In this document: piece after piece, positions 29,080 through 36,586 of the stretch | Layout of the letters: each line of letters opens with the position of its first letter | How positions within the stretch are numbered: the stretch's first letter is position 1 | Source of the DNA: Bacteroidota bacterium | GTDB taxonomy: Bacteria; Bacteroidota; Bacteroidia; Bacteroidales; UBA10428 | Reading direction: 5' to 3' | DNA: 64,000 nt | Assembly (NCBI GenBank): GCA_003252385.1 | Contig: QKEH01000139.1 | Span: 22,598 to 86,597 of the forward strand | The notes under the pieces: generated by a model | What the model saw: the letters and a program-made list of their open reading frames with translations, nothing else | Told to the model about the DNA's origin: nothing | The model's database searches: none | Made by a program: the position numbers and the translations under genes

Positions 29080-29124
29080 AATTTTCCACAATCCATTTCT
29101 CGTTCCGGCAGTAATACTTTTCCT

Positions 29125-29769
29125 TTGAGCAAGCATTATATTCATACGCTCATTGCACAGGGCGAAAATCAACATCTGGATTTTAAGTACGTAATTTCCG
29201 ATGCACCAAAAATTGCACGCACCCTTTCGGCTTTTGCCAATACCGATGGAGGGAAGTTGCTGATCGGGGTTAAGGATAATGGCGTAATAACCGGAGTACG
29301 AACCGACGAAGAAGCCTACATGATTGAATCGGCAGCACAACTCTATTGCAAGCCGGAGGTATTGTACACACTAAATTCCTGGATAGTGGAAGGCAAACAG
29401 GTATTGGAAATCACCGTTACCCCCAGCAATCAGAAACCCCACCTGGCTCCGTGGAAGGATGGCCAGTGGCGGGCATATGTGCGCGTACACGACGAAAATT
29501 TTGTGGCCGGAAGCATCCAGGTGGCGGTTTGGAAGAAAATCCGTTCCGGCACCCCTACTTTGGTTCGCTATTCCGAAGCCGAAAACCAGATTCTCGATTT
29601 CTTACACCAATACCCGGGTTCTTCGTTTAACGATATTCGCAAGCACTGCCCGACTGGGTATCATCGCATCAAGAGAATACTGGTCAACCTTGTCACCATT
29701 GGAGTTATTCAAATTCATCATTCGGAGAATACCATCCGTTACCTACTTCATGAAAATCCTGCGGGATGA
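29125..29769 (+). CDS. AlbA_2 (Schlafen-like) domain protein with C-terminal wHTH-like region
   Basis: GENQHLDFKYVISDAPKIARTLSAFANTDGGKLLIGVKDNGVITGV is the characteristic AlbA_2 motif. The ORF has a TTG start. Confidence 0.6.
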   Translation: MSKHYIHTLIAQGENQHLDFKYVISDAPKIARTLSAFANTDGGKLLIGVKDNGVITGVRTDEEAYMIESAAQLYCKPEVLYTLNSWIVEGKQVLEITVTPSNQKPHLAPWKDGQWRAYVRVHDENFVAGSIQVAVWKKIRSGTPTLVRYSEAENQILDFLHQYPGSSFNDIRKHCPTGYHRIKRILVNLVTIGVIQIHHSENTIRYLLHENPAG

Positions 29770-30063
29770 TCGTCATTTCTCGCCACTTTTCTTAAAACGA
29801 CGTACTAATTTTCGCTAATTTTAACTCCATGTCGTTTCGTAAAACGATCTTTTCTTTGCCTTCATAAGTATTTTCCGGAGAAACCACCTGCAAAGCCAGC
29901 CCTGATAGGCAGGAGAGACACCAAACGTATCGACAATAAATTTTAGTAACTAGTATAAACCCGGAGTCATTCGACAGATTGGTAAACCGGTCGAATGATT
30001 CGCATCGGCGGGCATTACAACCGATGCAGGATGCTTGAACTAATTGCGTGTCATGTAACTGAT

Positions 30064-31143
30064 ATGAATATCGCCAGGAAAAACCCATTCCGTAAATTGC
30101 GAAGAACCAACATCATCTACCCCATCCTTTTCGGTATTGGAGTGGTGGCAGTCATCTTCTATCGTAATTTCGACCCATCGATATTCCATGAAATTCACGT
30201 TACACGACTTGCCGGATTATGGCTGGCCATTGCTATCGGGTTGATGGCAGTAAGGGATATCAGCTATATGATACGATTGAAAATTCTTAGCGAAAATTCA
30301 TTTTCCTGGAAACAATCCTTTCGCATCATTATGCTTTGGGAATTCACTTCGGCGGTGACCCCCTCGGCCATTGGAGGTACCAGCTTTGCCATCATCTTTT
30401 TGAATAAGGAAGGGCTCAAGCTGGGACACGCCTCTGCGGTGGTTATGGCTACCTCTTTTCTGGACGAATTGTACTTCCTGCTTACCTTCCCCTTGCTGCT
30501 CATCTTTTTAAGTGCCGACAAACTCTTTCAGGTGGGTGAGCCCATTGGTAATGCACTGAGTTTCTCCAATGAGTTTTTTGTATTTGCCGTGGTTGGATAT
30601 AGCGTTAAACTACTCTACACCCTGGCCTTAAGTTATGGACTGTTTTTTAACCCCCGAGGGTTGAAATGGCTCCTGCTGTGGATATTCCGACTCCCCATAC
30701 TACGCCGATGGCGTAAAGAAGCTAACGAAGCCGGAAGCGAAATCATTACCTCATCGTACGAATTGCGCCGTAAGCCATTTCGGTTTTGGCTAAAAGCATT
30801 TGGAGCCAGTTGCGTATCGTGGACCTCCAGATACTGGGTGGTCAATGCCCTGTTTCTGGTGTTTTTCGCCGTACCCGATCATTTTCTGCTCTATGCGAGG
30901 CAGCTGGTGGCCTGGATCATAATGCTCATTATACCTACTCCAGGCGGGAGTGGCGGTTCGGAGTGGATCTTTGCACAGTATCTCGGGGATCTTATCGATG
31001 CTGCTCCGGAGATTAAATCTTCTATTGCCATTGTGCTTGCCTTCATCTGGCGATTGATCAGTTACTATCCTTACCTTATAATTGGCAGTGTAATCTTCCC
31101 GTCCTGGATTCGAATGATGTTTGGCAAATCCTCCAATGAATAA
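30064..31143 (+). CDS. Flippase-like / LPG-synthase-TM (UPF0104) family membrane protein
   Basis: About 8 hydrophobic segments and the family-typical PTPGGSGGSE motif. I chose the ATG at 30064 (MNIARKNPFRKLRR) over the upstream track start. Confidence 0.65.
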   Translation: MNIARKNPFRKLRRTNIIYPILFGIGVVAVIFYRNFDPSIFHEIHVTRLAGLWLAIAIGLMAVRDISYMIRLKILSENSFSWKQSFRIIMLWEFTSAVTPSAIGGTSFAIIFLNKEGLKLGHASAVVMATSFLDELYFLLTFPLLLIFLSADKLFQVGEPIGNALSFSNEFFVFAVVGYSVKLLYTLALSYGLFFNPRGLKWLLLWIFRLPILRRWRKEANEAGSEIITSSYELRRKPFRFWLKAFGASCVSWTSRYWVVNALFLVFFAVPDHFLLYARQLVAWIIMLIIPTPGGSGGSEWIFAQYLGDLIDAAPEIKSSIAIVLAFIWRLISYYPYLIIGSVIFPSWIRMMFGKSSNE

Positions 31144-31228
31144 GGCCTTTCCTTTAGCAATACCAGCCTCTGCCTTGCATCCAACTTAATAGTTCATAAC
31201 TGTGCATCCATATTGCTTTGAAAATGGG

Positions 31229-31236
31229 TATATTTG
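31229..31236 (+). promoter_or_regulatory. Candidate -7 promoter box (TATATTTG) for the CheR-GAF-PP2C-ABC operon
   Basis: Matches TAnnTTTG and lies 108 nt upstream of the 31344 ATG, in the only sizeable intergenic gap (200 nt) before the operon. I saw no well-spaced -33 element. Confidence 0.3.
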
Positions 31237-31343
31237 GTTTTGAGGATTTGAAATATTAAGTATTTGTTTTTAAAACTCACGAAGTTTTAATAGATTTAAT
31301 ACTAAAACCAAGTAAGTATTGATCGGAAGTCAGTTTTAACTCG

Positions 31344-32189
31344 ATGTGTATGACGGTAACAGACCAGGATTTTCAGTTGTTTATTTTTGCCCTTAAGACT
31401 TCTTCCAAATATGACTTCAGTGAGTATTCAGAGAAATCACTAAAGAGAAGGCTCACCAAGATATTAGCTGACAACAAGCTCAACATTAAATTGCTGCTGA
31501 ATAAGATCAAAACAGATCCGGAATTTGTTGAGCAAATAGTTAAGGAGGTTACAGTAAACACCACCGAACTCTTTCGGGATCCTCAGGTATGGCATGCATT
31601 GCGCTACACCATACTGCCCAAACTAAGAAACAATTCTGTTATTAATATCTGGCACGCTGGCTGCTCTACCGGCCAGGAAGTGTATTCCATGATGATCGTT
31701 CTTAACGAAATCGGATTATTGGATAAAACCAAGATTTATGCCACCGATATCAATACCGATGTGATTGAACAGGCTCAAAAGGGAGAGTACAAATACCGTT
31801 TCAACATAGGATACCTGGATAATTTCGATAAGGTAATTAAAGAAAATCCCTATAACTACGAAGAGTATTACGATGTGCCTTATGAAAAATATTTTAGCAT
31901 TAATAAGGCTACCGATACGATTCAAATGCACGATTTCTTAAGAAACAAACCCATCTATAAAAAACACGACCTGGTCAAGGAGAACAATACCCTGTTTGTA
32001 AAATTTGACATCATTCTCTGCCGAAATGTAATCATCTACTTTAACTATAACTTACAGGGCAGGGTATTTGACCTGTACCATCGAAACCTTTATGACAATG
32101 GTTGCCTGATCCTGGGCATGCACGAAACCATTCTGGGTTCCTACTCGGTAAAATTCCAGAAAAAAGGACACGCTTATTACAAAGCCTAA
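31344..32189 (+). CDS. CheR-type protein-glutamate O-methyltransferase (motifs intact)
   Basis: Aligns by eye to Salmonella CheR: TELFRD (TxFFRE), NIWHAGCSTGQEVYSMMIVL (VWSAAASTGEEPYSIAITL), IYATDIN (FASDID), ILCRNVIIYFN (FCRNVMIYFD) and LILGMHE (LFAGHSE). Confidence 0.85.
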   Translation: MCMTVTDQDFQLFIFALKTSSKYDFSEYSEKSLKRRLTKILADNKLNIKLLLNKIKTDPEFVEQIVKEVTVNTTELFRDPQVWHALRYTILPKLRNNSVINIWHAGCSTGQEVYSMMIVLNEIGLLDKTKIYATDINTDVIEQAQKGEYKYRFNIGYLDNFDKVIKENPYNYEEYYDVPYEKYFSINKATDTIQMHDFLRNKPIYKKHDLVKENNTLFVKFDIILCRNVIIYFNYNLQGRVFDLYHRNLYDNGCLILGMHETILGSYSVKFQKKGHAYYKA

Positions 32190-32209
32190 TACTAACCGAA
32201 AAGAAAACC

Positions 32210-34390
32210 ATGAATCTCAAACAAATTCATATTAAATATAGGTTTTATCTCCAACTTGCGCTGTTTGTGCTATTCATGGCCTGTTTGGCCTTTAGTACGT
32301 ACCAGCTGTCCCAAAAGGCGAGTCGTGCACAAAAGTCAACACTGGAATTGTATAGTTTGGTTGAAGAAAGCGAAAACGCATTCATTCAGTATGTCAGTTT
32401 CCTATACAACCTCAATAGTACGGACGAGTTCTACCAAACCGGTTCCAATAGTAATACAAGAGCGTTACAAGCCTCGCTGCAAAGTTTGGAAGATACTTTG
32501 CAAGTCTTCTCTAATAAGAACCGTTTTGCCGCCAGACTGGCAAAACTCGGTTGGAACGACTCCCTGCGAAACGCCCTGGAAGCAGTCCAGGCTAATTTTC
32601 AGTTAACCAGCTTAACCCTTAAAGAACTGGGCAATAAAAACTCCGGACAAACCGGACATGCCCTGGCCTCCAGCAATCAAATTAAATTGCTCTTACGCCC
32701 CTATCCGTATCCATCCTTGCATAATGAGCTCGCCCGGTTACAATTTGCCGAGTCGGAATTTATTTTTAGTAAAGATCAACAGGCATACAACGATGCCCTG
32801 GAACACTTGGAATTGTTGCAATACGACCCAAACCTGGGAATGCTGGATTTCAGTATCCAGGATGAAATCCAACAGCACGCCGAAACCTATAAAAACTATT
32901 TATCACTAATACAAGCTTCCCTAAACAATCTGGGAAGCATCGCCAGCGGCCAGGGTTTGCTTCCTGATATGGAACACTCCTTACGTAACTTGGAAAACCA
33001 AGCCCACAACTACCAGGAGCATGCCCAAATGGAACAGGAGAAATACTCCCGGAATGCATGGTTGGCCGGAATCTTTTTGCTGCTGCTTATTGCAACAGGA
33101 TACCTCTATCAGCTCTACCGCTTTTATGCCAGTGTATACAATCCGCTGGAGTCTTTATCCGATTTCTCGGTTCAACTGGCTAAAGGTCATAAAAAAGTGA
33201 CTGCCTTGGAAACCCGAGTTCCTGCTGAATATGTCCATGTTTTTACCCATCTGAACGAGGTCTATCAATCCATTCAGAAAAAACGCGACTTTGTTGATAA
33301 TTTGCTTAAACAAAATTTCGATTCTGAACTGACTCTGCAGGGAAAACACGACCAGTTTGGTAAAACTTTATTGGCCTTGAAAGAAAGCATGCGAAAAGCC
33401 CGCAACGAAGAGTTAAAGTATGCAGAGGAAAACCAGAAACGCCAATATCAGAACGAAGGCATTGCCAAATTCTCCGAAATTATGCGCTCCCACAGCGACA
33501 GCCTGTCGGAGCTTGCTGATGAATTTATCAAAAACATTGTACGATACCTGGAGGCCATTCAGGGCGGTTTATTCTTAATCGACGAAGAAAAACCGGAAGT
33601 AATGAACCTGGCAGCAGCCTTTGCATACAACCGGAAGAAGTATCTTTCCCGAACCATTAAAATTGGAGAAACCCTGGTGGGAACCTGTGCCCAGGAAAAG
33701 AAAACAACACATCTGAACGAACTGCCCGAAAACTACATCGAAATTACCTCAGGTCTCGGCGAGACCCCCCCCAGCAATCTCCTACTGGTTCCCATCATGC
33801 ACGAAGAGCTATTGATCGGAGTGCTTGAAATGGCCTCCCTAAAAGCATTCCAAAGTATCCAAATTCAACTATGCGAAAAAATTTGCGACAGTCTGGCTTC
33901 CACGATTATTAATGCTCGCATTAGCACGAGAACTGCTGCCTTATTGGAAAAATCGCAGCAGCAGGCCGCCGAGATGGCGGAGCAGGAAGAAGAAATGCGC
34001 CAAAATATGGAAGAATTACAAGCCACCCAGGAAGAATCGCAACGCCGTGAAGAAGAACTGGAAGGCTTCCTGGAAGCTATCGATCAGTCTTTCTATGTTT
34101 TAGAATACAACACCAGCGGAACAATTATTAAAGTTAATCAGCGCTTCCTGTATTTAACCAACCTATCTATTGACAAAATCATTGGTAAAACCCATCGGGA
34201 AATATTTGGATCTAAGAGTAAAGTCGATTCGGCTTTCTTTGCCAAAATTGCAGATGGAAATATTGTCGATCTGACCGAGGTCGTCATCATAAATGATAAA
34301 AAGCTGGAGCTGAAAAATACCTTCTCCCCGGAGAAAGACCGGTCCGGAGAAACGATTAAAATATTAAATATCATGACAGTGATCATGTAG
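32210..34390 (+). CDS. Membrane sensor with MCP-like topology but no MCP signalling domain: TM, ~270-aa helical periplasmic domain, TM, HAMP-like linker, GAF, coiled coil, PAS
   Basis: I chose the ATG at 32210 (MNLKQIHIKYRFYLQLALFVLFMACLAF). The second TM segment is WLAGIFLLLLIATGYLY. The GAF core is YLEAIQGGLFLID...ITSGLGETPPSNLLLVPIMHEELLIGVLEMAS. The coiled coil is EQEEEMRQNMEELQATQEESQRREEELEG, and a PAS-like C-terminus follows (FYVLEYNTSGTIIKVNQRF). Confidence 0.75.
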   Translation: MNLKQIHIKYRFYLQLALFVLFMACLAFSTYQLSQKASRAQKSTLELYSLVEESENAFIQYVSFLYNLNSTDEFYQTGSNSNTRALQASLQSLEDTLQVFSNKNRFAARLAKLGWNDSLRNALEAVQANFQLTSLTLKELGNKNSGQTGHALASSNQIKLLLRPYPYPSLHNELARLQFAESEFIFSKDQQAYNDALEHLELLQYDPNLGMLDFSIQDEIQQHAETYKNYLSLIQASLNNLGSIASGQGLLPDMEHSLRNLENQAHNYQEHAQMEQEKYSRNAWLAGIFLLLLIATGYLYQLYRFYASVYNPLESLSDFSVQLAKGHKKVTALETRVPAEYVHVFTHLNEVYQSIQKKRDFVDNLLKQNFDSELTLQGKHDQFGKTLLALKESMRKARNEELKYAEENQKRQYQNEGIAKFSEIMRSHSDSLSELADEFIKNIVRYLEAIQGGLFLIDEEKPEVMNLAAAFAYNRKKYLSRTIKIGETLVGTCAQEKKTTHLNELPENYIEITSGLGETPPSNLLLVPIMHEELLIGVLEMASLKAFQSIQIQLCEKICDSLASTIINARISTRTAALLEKSQQQAAEMAEQEEEMRQNMEELQATQEESQRREEELEGFLEAIDQSFYVLEYNTSGTIIKVNQRFLYLTNLSIDKIIGKTHREIFGSKSKVDSAFFAKIADGNIVDLTEVVIINDKKLELKNTFSPEKDRSGETIKILNIMTVIM

Positions 34391-34406
34391 ATGACATCCG
34401 TATCCC

Positions 34407-35237
34407 ATGGTTGAACTAGGAATTGTAGACATACGCGAGATTATTCGACTGGTAAACGCAAACTTCGGTTTCGATTTGTCCAATTTTGCCCTTACTTCGC
34501 TGAAGTACCGGCTGGAACACATTATTTCGAAAAACAGTTTAACCAGTCCGGAGAATTTGTTCCGCAAACTGACTTCCGAACAGGCGTTTTTCGACACCTT
34601 CCTATCGCAACTGTTTGTACCCTCATCGGAAATGTTTCGCGACCCGTCGGTGTGGCGCTGGTTGCGTGAAGAGTATTTCGCTACCTTGGCAGACAATGCC
34701 CTGATGAATTATAAAATATGGGTGCCATTCTGCATTTCAGGTGGAGAATTGTGTACCCTATGCATTGTACTTAAAGAATTACGCCTCTTAGACAAGGTTA
34801 AAATTTACGCCACCTATTTTAGCGATTCCTCCCTGGAACAAATCAAGTCAGGGGTATATCCCTTAAAAAAAGTACAGGTGTCCGCAGAAAACTACCGCCG
34901 GTTTAAAGGCGATGCCAATTTCGAAGAGTATTACACCATGGATCAATATAACGCCAAAAGAGTGCTGGATTTATTTGATTCCGTCGAATTTATAAAGGAC
35001 GACCTCTCGTTTGGCAAAGCGCCCAAAAACGTAAAACTGGTGTTAATGCGCAATTCGCTGATTTATTTTAAACCTAATTTTCAGGATGATATATTGAATG
35101 TAATCTATCAAAGTATGTCTGCGGCTGGAATTCTTCTGCTGGGTTTGCAGGAACTCATCACAAAAAACCAAAATACCAAGTCATTATTTGACCCACAGGA
35201 GATAAGCGAGAGTATTTACAAAAGAAGAATAGGGTAG
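34407..35237 (+). CDS. Divergent CheR-like protein (SAM-binding motifs altered)
   Basis: It has the CheR fold pattern (SEMFRDPSVW, KIYAT, LMRNSLIYF, LLLGLQE). Motif I reads KIWVPFCISGGE instead of xxWxAGCSTGEE, and ATDID is replaced by ATYFS. Confidence 0.75.
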   Translation: MVELGIVDIREIIRLVNANFGFDLSNFALTSLKYRLEHIISKNSLTSPENLFRKLTSEQAFFDTFLSQLFVPSSEMFRDPSVWRWLREEYFATLADNALMNYKIWVPFCISGGELCTLCIVLKELRLLDKVKIYATYFSDSSLEQIKSGVYPLKKVQVSAENYRRFKGDANFEEYYTMDQYNAKRVLDLFDSVEFIKDDLSFGKAPKNVKLVLMRNSLIYFKPNFQDDILNVIYQSMSAAGILLLGLQELITKNQNTKSLFDPQEISESIYKRRIG

Positions 35238-35240
35238 CAT

Positions 35241-35798
35241 ATGAACTATAAGGCCGTAATAATAGGAGGATCAGCAGGTAGCTTTCAAATTGTTACCCGA
35301 ATACTCAATTCCCTGAACCCGAATTTTCCCCTGCCGGTTTTACTCTGCCTACACCGTTTGAAACATGTACGCTCCGGTTTTGTGGAAGCCCTTTCGTTGA
35401 AATCAAATATCCCCATATCAGAGCCCTACGACAAAGACCAGTTAAAACCCGGAAACGCATACCTGGCACCTGCCAATTACCATATGTTTGTGGAACTGGC
35501 CAACCGCATAGCTCTTTCCACCGATGAGCCAGTCAATCATTCCCGTCCATCTATCGACCTGTCCTTTGTTACCGCCGCCAATGCCTACCGCGATAAGTTA
35601 ATCGGCATCATTCTTTCGGGAGCCAATCGCGATGGAGCTTTTGGACTTAAAAAAGTGGTAGATAACGGAGGCTTAAGCATTGTTCAGGATCCACAGGAAA
35701 GCGAAGTAAAAACCATGCCAACATCCGCCTTGCAACTAACCAAAGTTGACTACGTATATACCACCGATCAAATTATCCGATTCCTGCAAAAACTCTAG
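35241..35798 (+). CDS. CheB-type protein-glutamate methylesterase, catalytic domain only (no receiver)
   Basis: 185 aa. Candidate triad residues are Ser in VIIGGSAGS (GASTGG in CheB), His in LLCLHRL (TQHMP) and Asp in LSGANRDGA (LTGMGNDGA). It also has the HSRPSIDLSF core motif. Confidence 0.85.
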   Translation: MNYKAVIIGGSAGSFQIVTRILNSLNPNFPLPVLLCLHRLKHVRSGFVEALSLKSNIPISEPYDKDQLKPGNAYLAPANYHMFVELANRIALSTDEPVNHSRPSIDLSFVTAANAYRDKLIGIILSGANRDGAFGLKKVVDNGGLSIVQDPQESEVKTMPTSALQLTKVDYVYTTDQIIRFLQKL

Positions 35799-35799
35799 T

Positions 35800-36576
35800 A
35801 TGCCCCCAATAAACCAACATAAAATTCAAACTTTACTGCCCTTCCTGGGCGTATTGCTCTGCATCCTGTTGCTGGTTATCAGCTTCTGGAACCATAGCCT
35901 CAAGTGTGAACTTGGAGTGAGCGCCTGGGCGTTAGTATTTTTAGTTTTAAGTATAGCCTCTCTCGCTTATGTTTACCTTCAGGTGGTAAAAGCCACCGAT
36001 CCAAAACATACCGAATCCCTAATTCAAACCGAAGTCGAAAAAGAACGCACCAAGATCCTGGCCAGTTTCGAAACCCACGAAGAACAGCAGGCAGATGACC
36101 TCCTGACTCTCCAAAAACAGGCAGATGAAATTCTTCCAAAAGGCACATTCAATCAAACCGACAAATTTCTGGATAAATTACTTTCCAATCTGTCGAAACA
36201 CCTTCAACTCTCCATGGGACTAGCCTATACGTTGTCTGAGCAAGGCGATGAATATTTTTTTTCAACAGCCTATGCGCTCACCCACGACGAACCTCTTCAA
36301 AGTTTCAAACCCGGTGACAATTTGAACGGTGAAGTAGCCCGAACACTGGAAACATTAATCCTTAACGATATTCCCGAAGATTATTTCCCCATAGAATCGG
36401 GCTTGGGTAAATCGCAACCAAAAACCCTGATTATTGCCCCTATTGTTCATGATAGTACATGTATTGCTATTCTTGAAATTGCTACCTTTAGTACGGTAGA
36501 CCATCAAGCCAAATTGATTATTGATGAAGTTTGCCAGAAGGCAGCCGGTAGACTTTTACAAATACAAAAGTCATAA
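35800..36576 (+). CDS. Two-TM protein with cytoplasmic GAF domain (short paralog of the sensor GAFs)
   Basis: The ATG at 35800 follows the cheB-like stop codon by one nucleotide. It has two hydrophobic segments, then a GAF core (YFPIESGLGKSQPKTLIIAPIVHDSTCIAILEIAT) paralogous to those in 32210-34390 and 36587-39211. Confidence 0.65.
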   Translation: MPPINQHKIQTLLPFLGVLLCILLLVISFWNHSLKCELGVSAWALVFLVLSIASLAYVYLQVVKATDPKHTESLIQTEVEKERTKILASFETHEEQQADDLLTLQKQADEILPKGTFNQTDKFLDKLLSNLSKHLQLSMGLAYTLSEQGDEYFFSTAYALTHDEPLQSFKPGDNLNGEVARTLETLILNDIPEDYFPIESGLGKSQPKTLIIAPIVHDSTCIAILEIATFSTVDHQAKLIIDEVCQKAAGRLLQIQKS

Positions 36577-36586
36577 GAAACAAGCT

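Noticed and set aside
29003-29769. Possible integrated element at tRNA-Ala, because an AlbA_2/Schlafen-like gene lies immediately downstream
   Set aside because: No integrase, recombinase or other phage or defence genes follow, and I did not spot a direct repeat of the tRNA 3' end downstream. A single AlbA_2 gene is not enough to call an island.
32102-32209. 5' extensions of track ORFs (32102, 35746, 36521, 43394, 59506, 29995, 8349-8483, 11844-11906)
   Set aside because: The extensions overlap the preceding gene or lack homology-like sequence. Internal ATGs give proper N-termini (signal peptides, TM helices or conserved family starts), so I used the shorter coordinates.
31344-35798. Whether the CheR, sensor, CheR, CheB genes are an ordinary chemotaxis (che) operon
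   Set aside because: I could find no CheA (HPt/P4/P5), CheW, CheY-only gene or MCP signalling hairpin in the operon or elsewhere in the window. The 'receptor' positions are occupied by GAF-coiled-coil-PAS/PP2C proteins. I therefore did not call it a standard chemotaxis cluster, although che genes elsewhere in the genome cannot be excluded.
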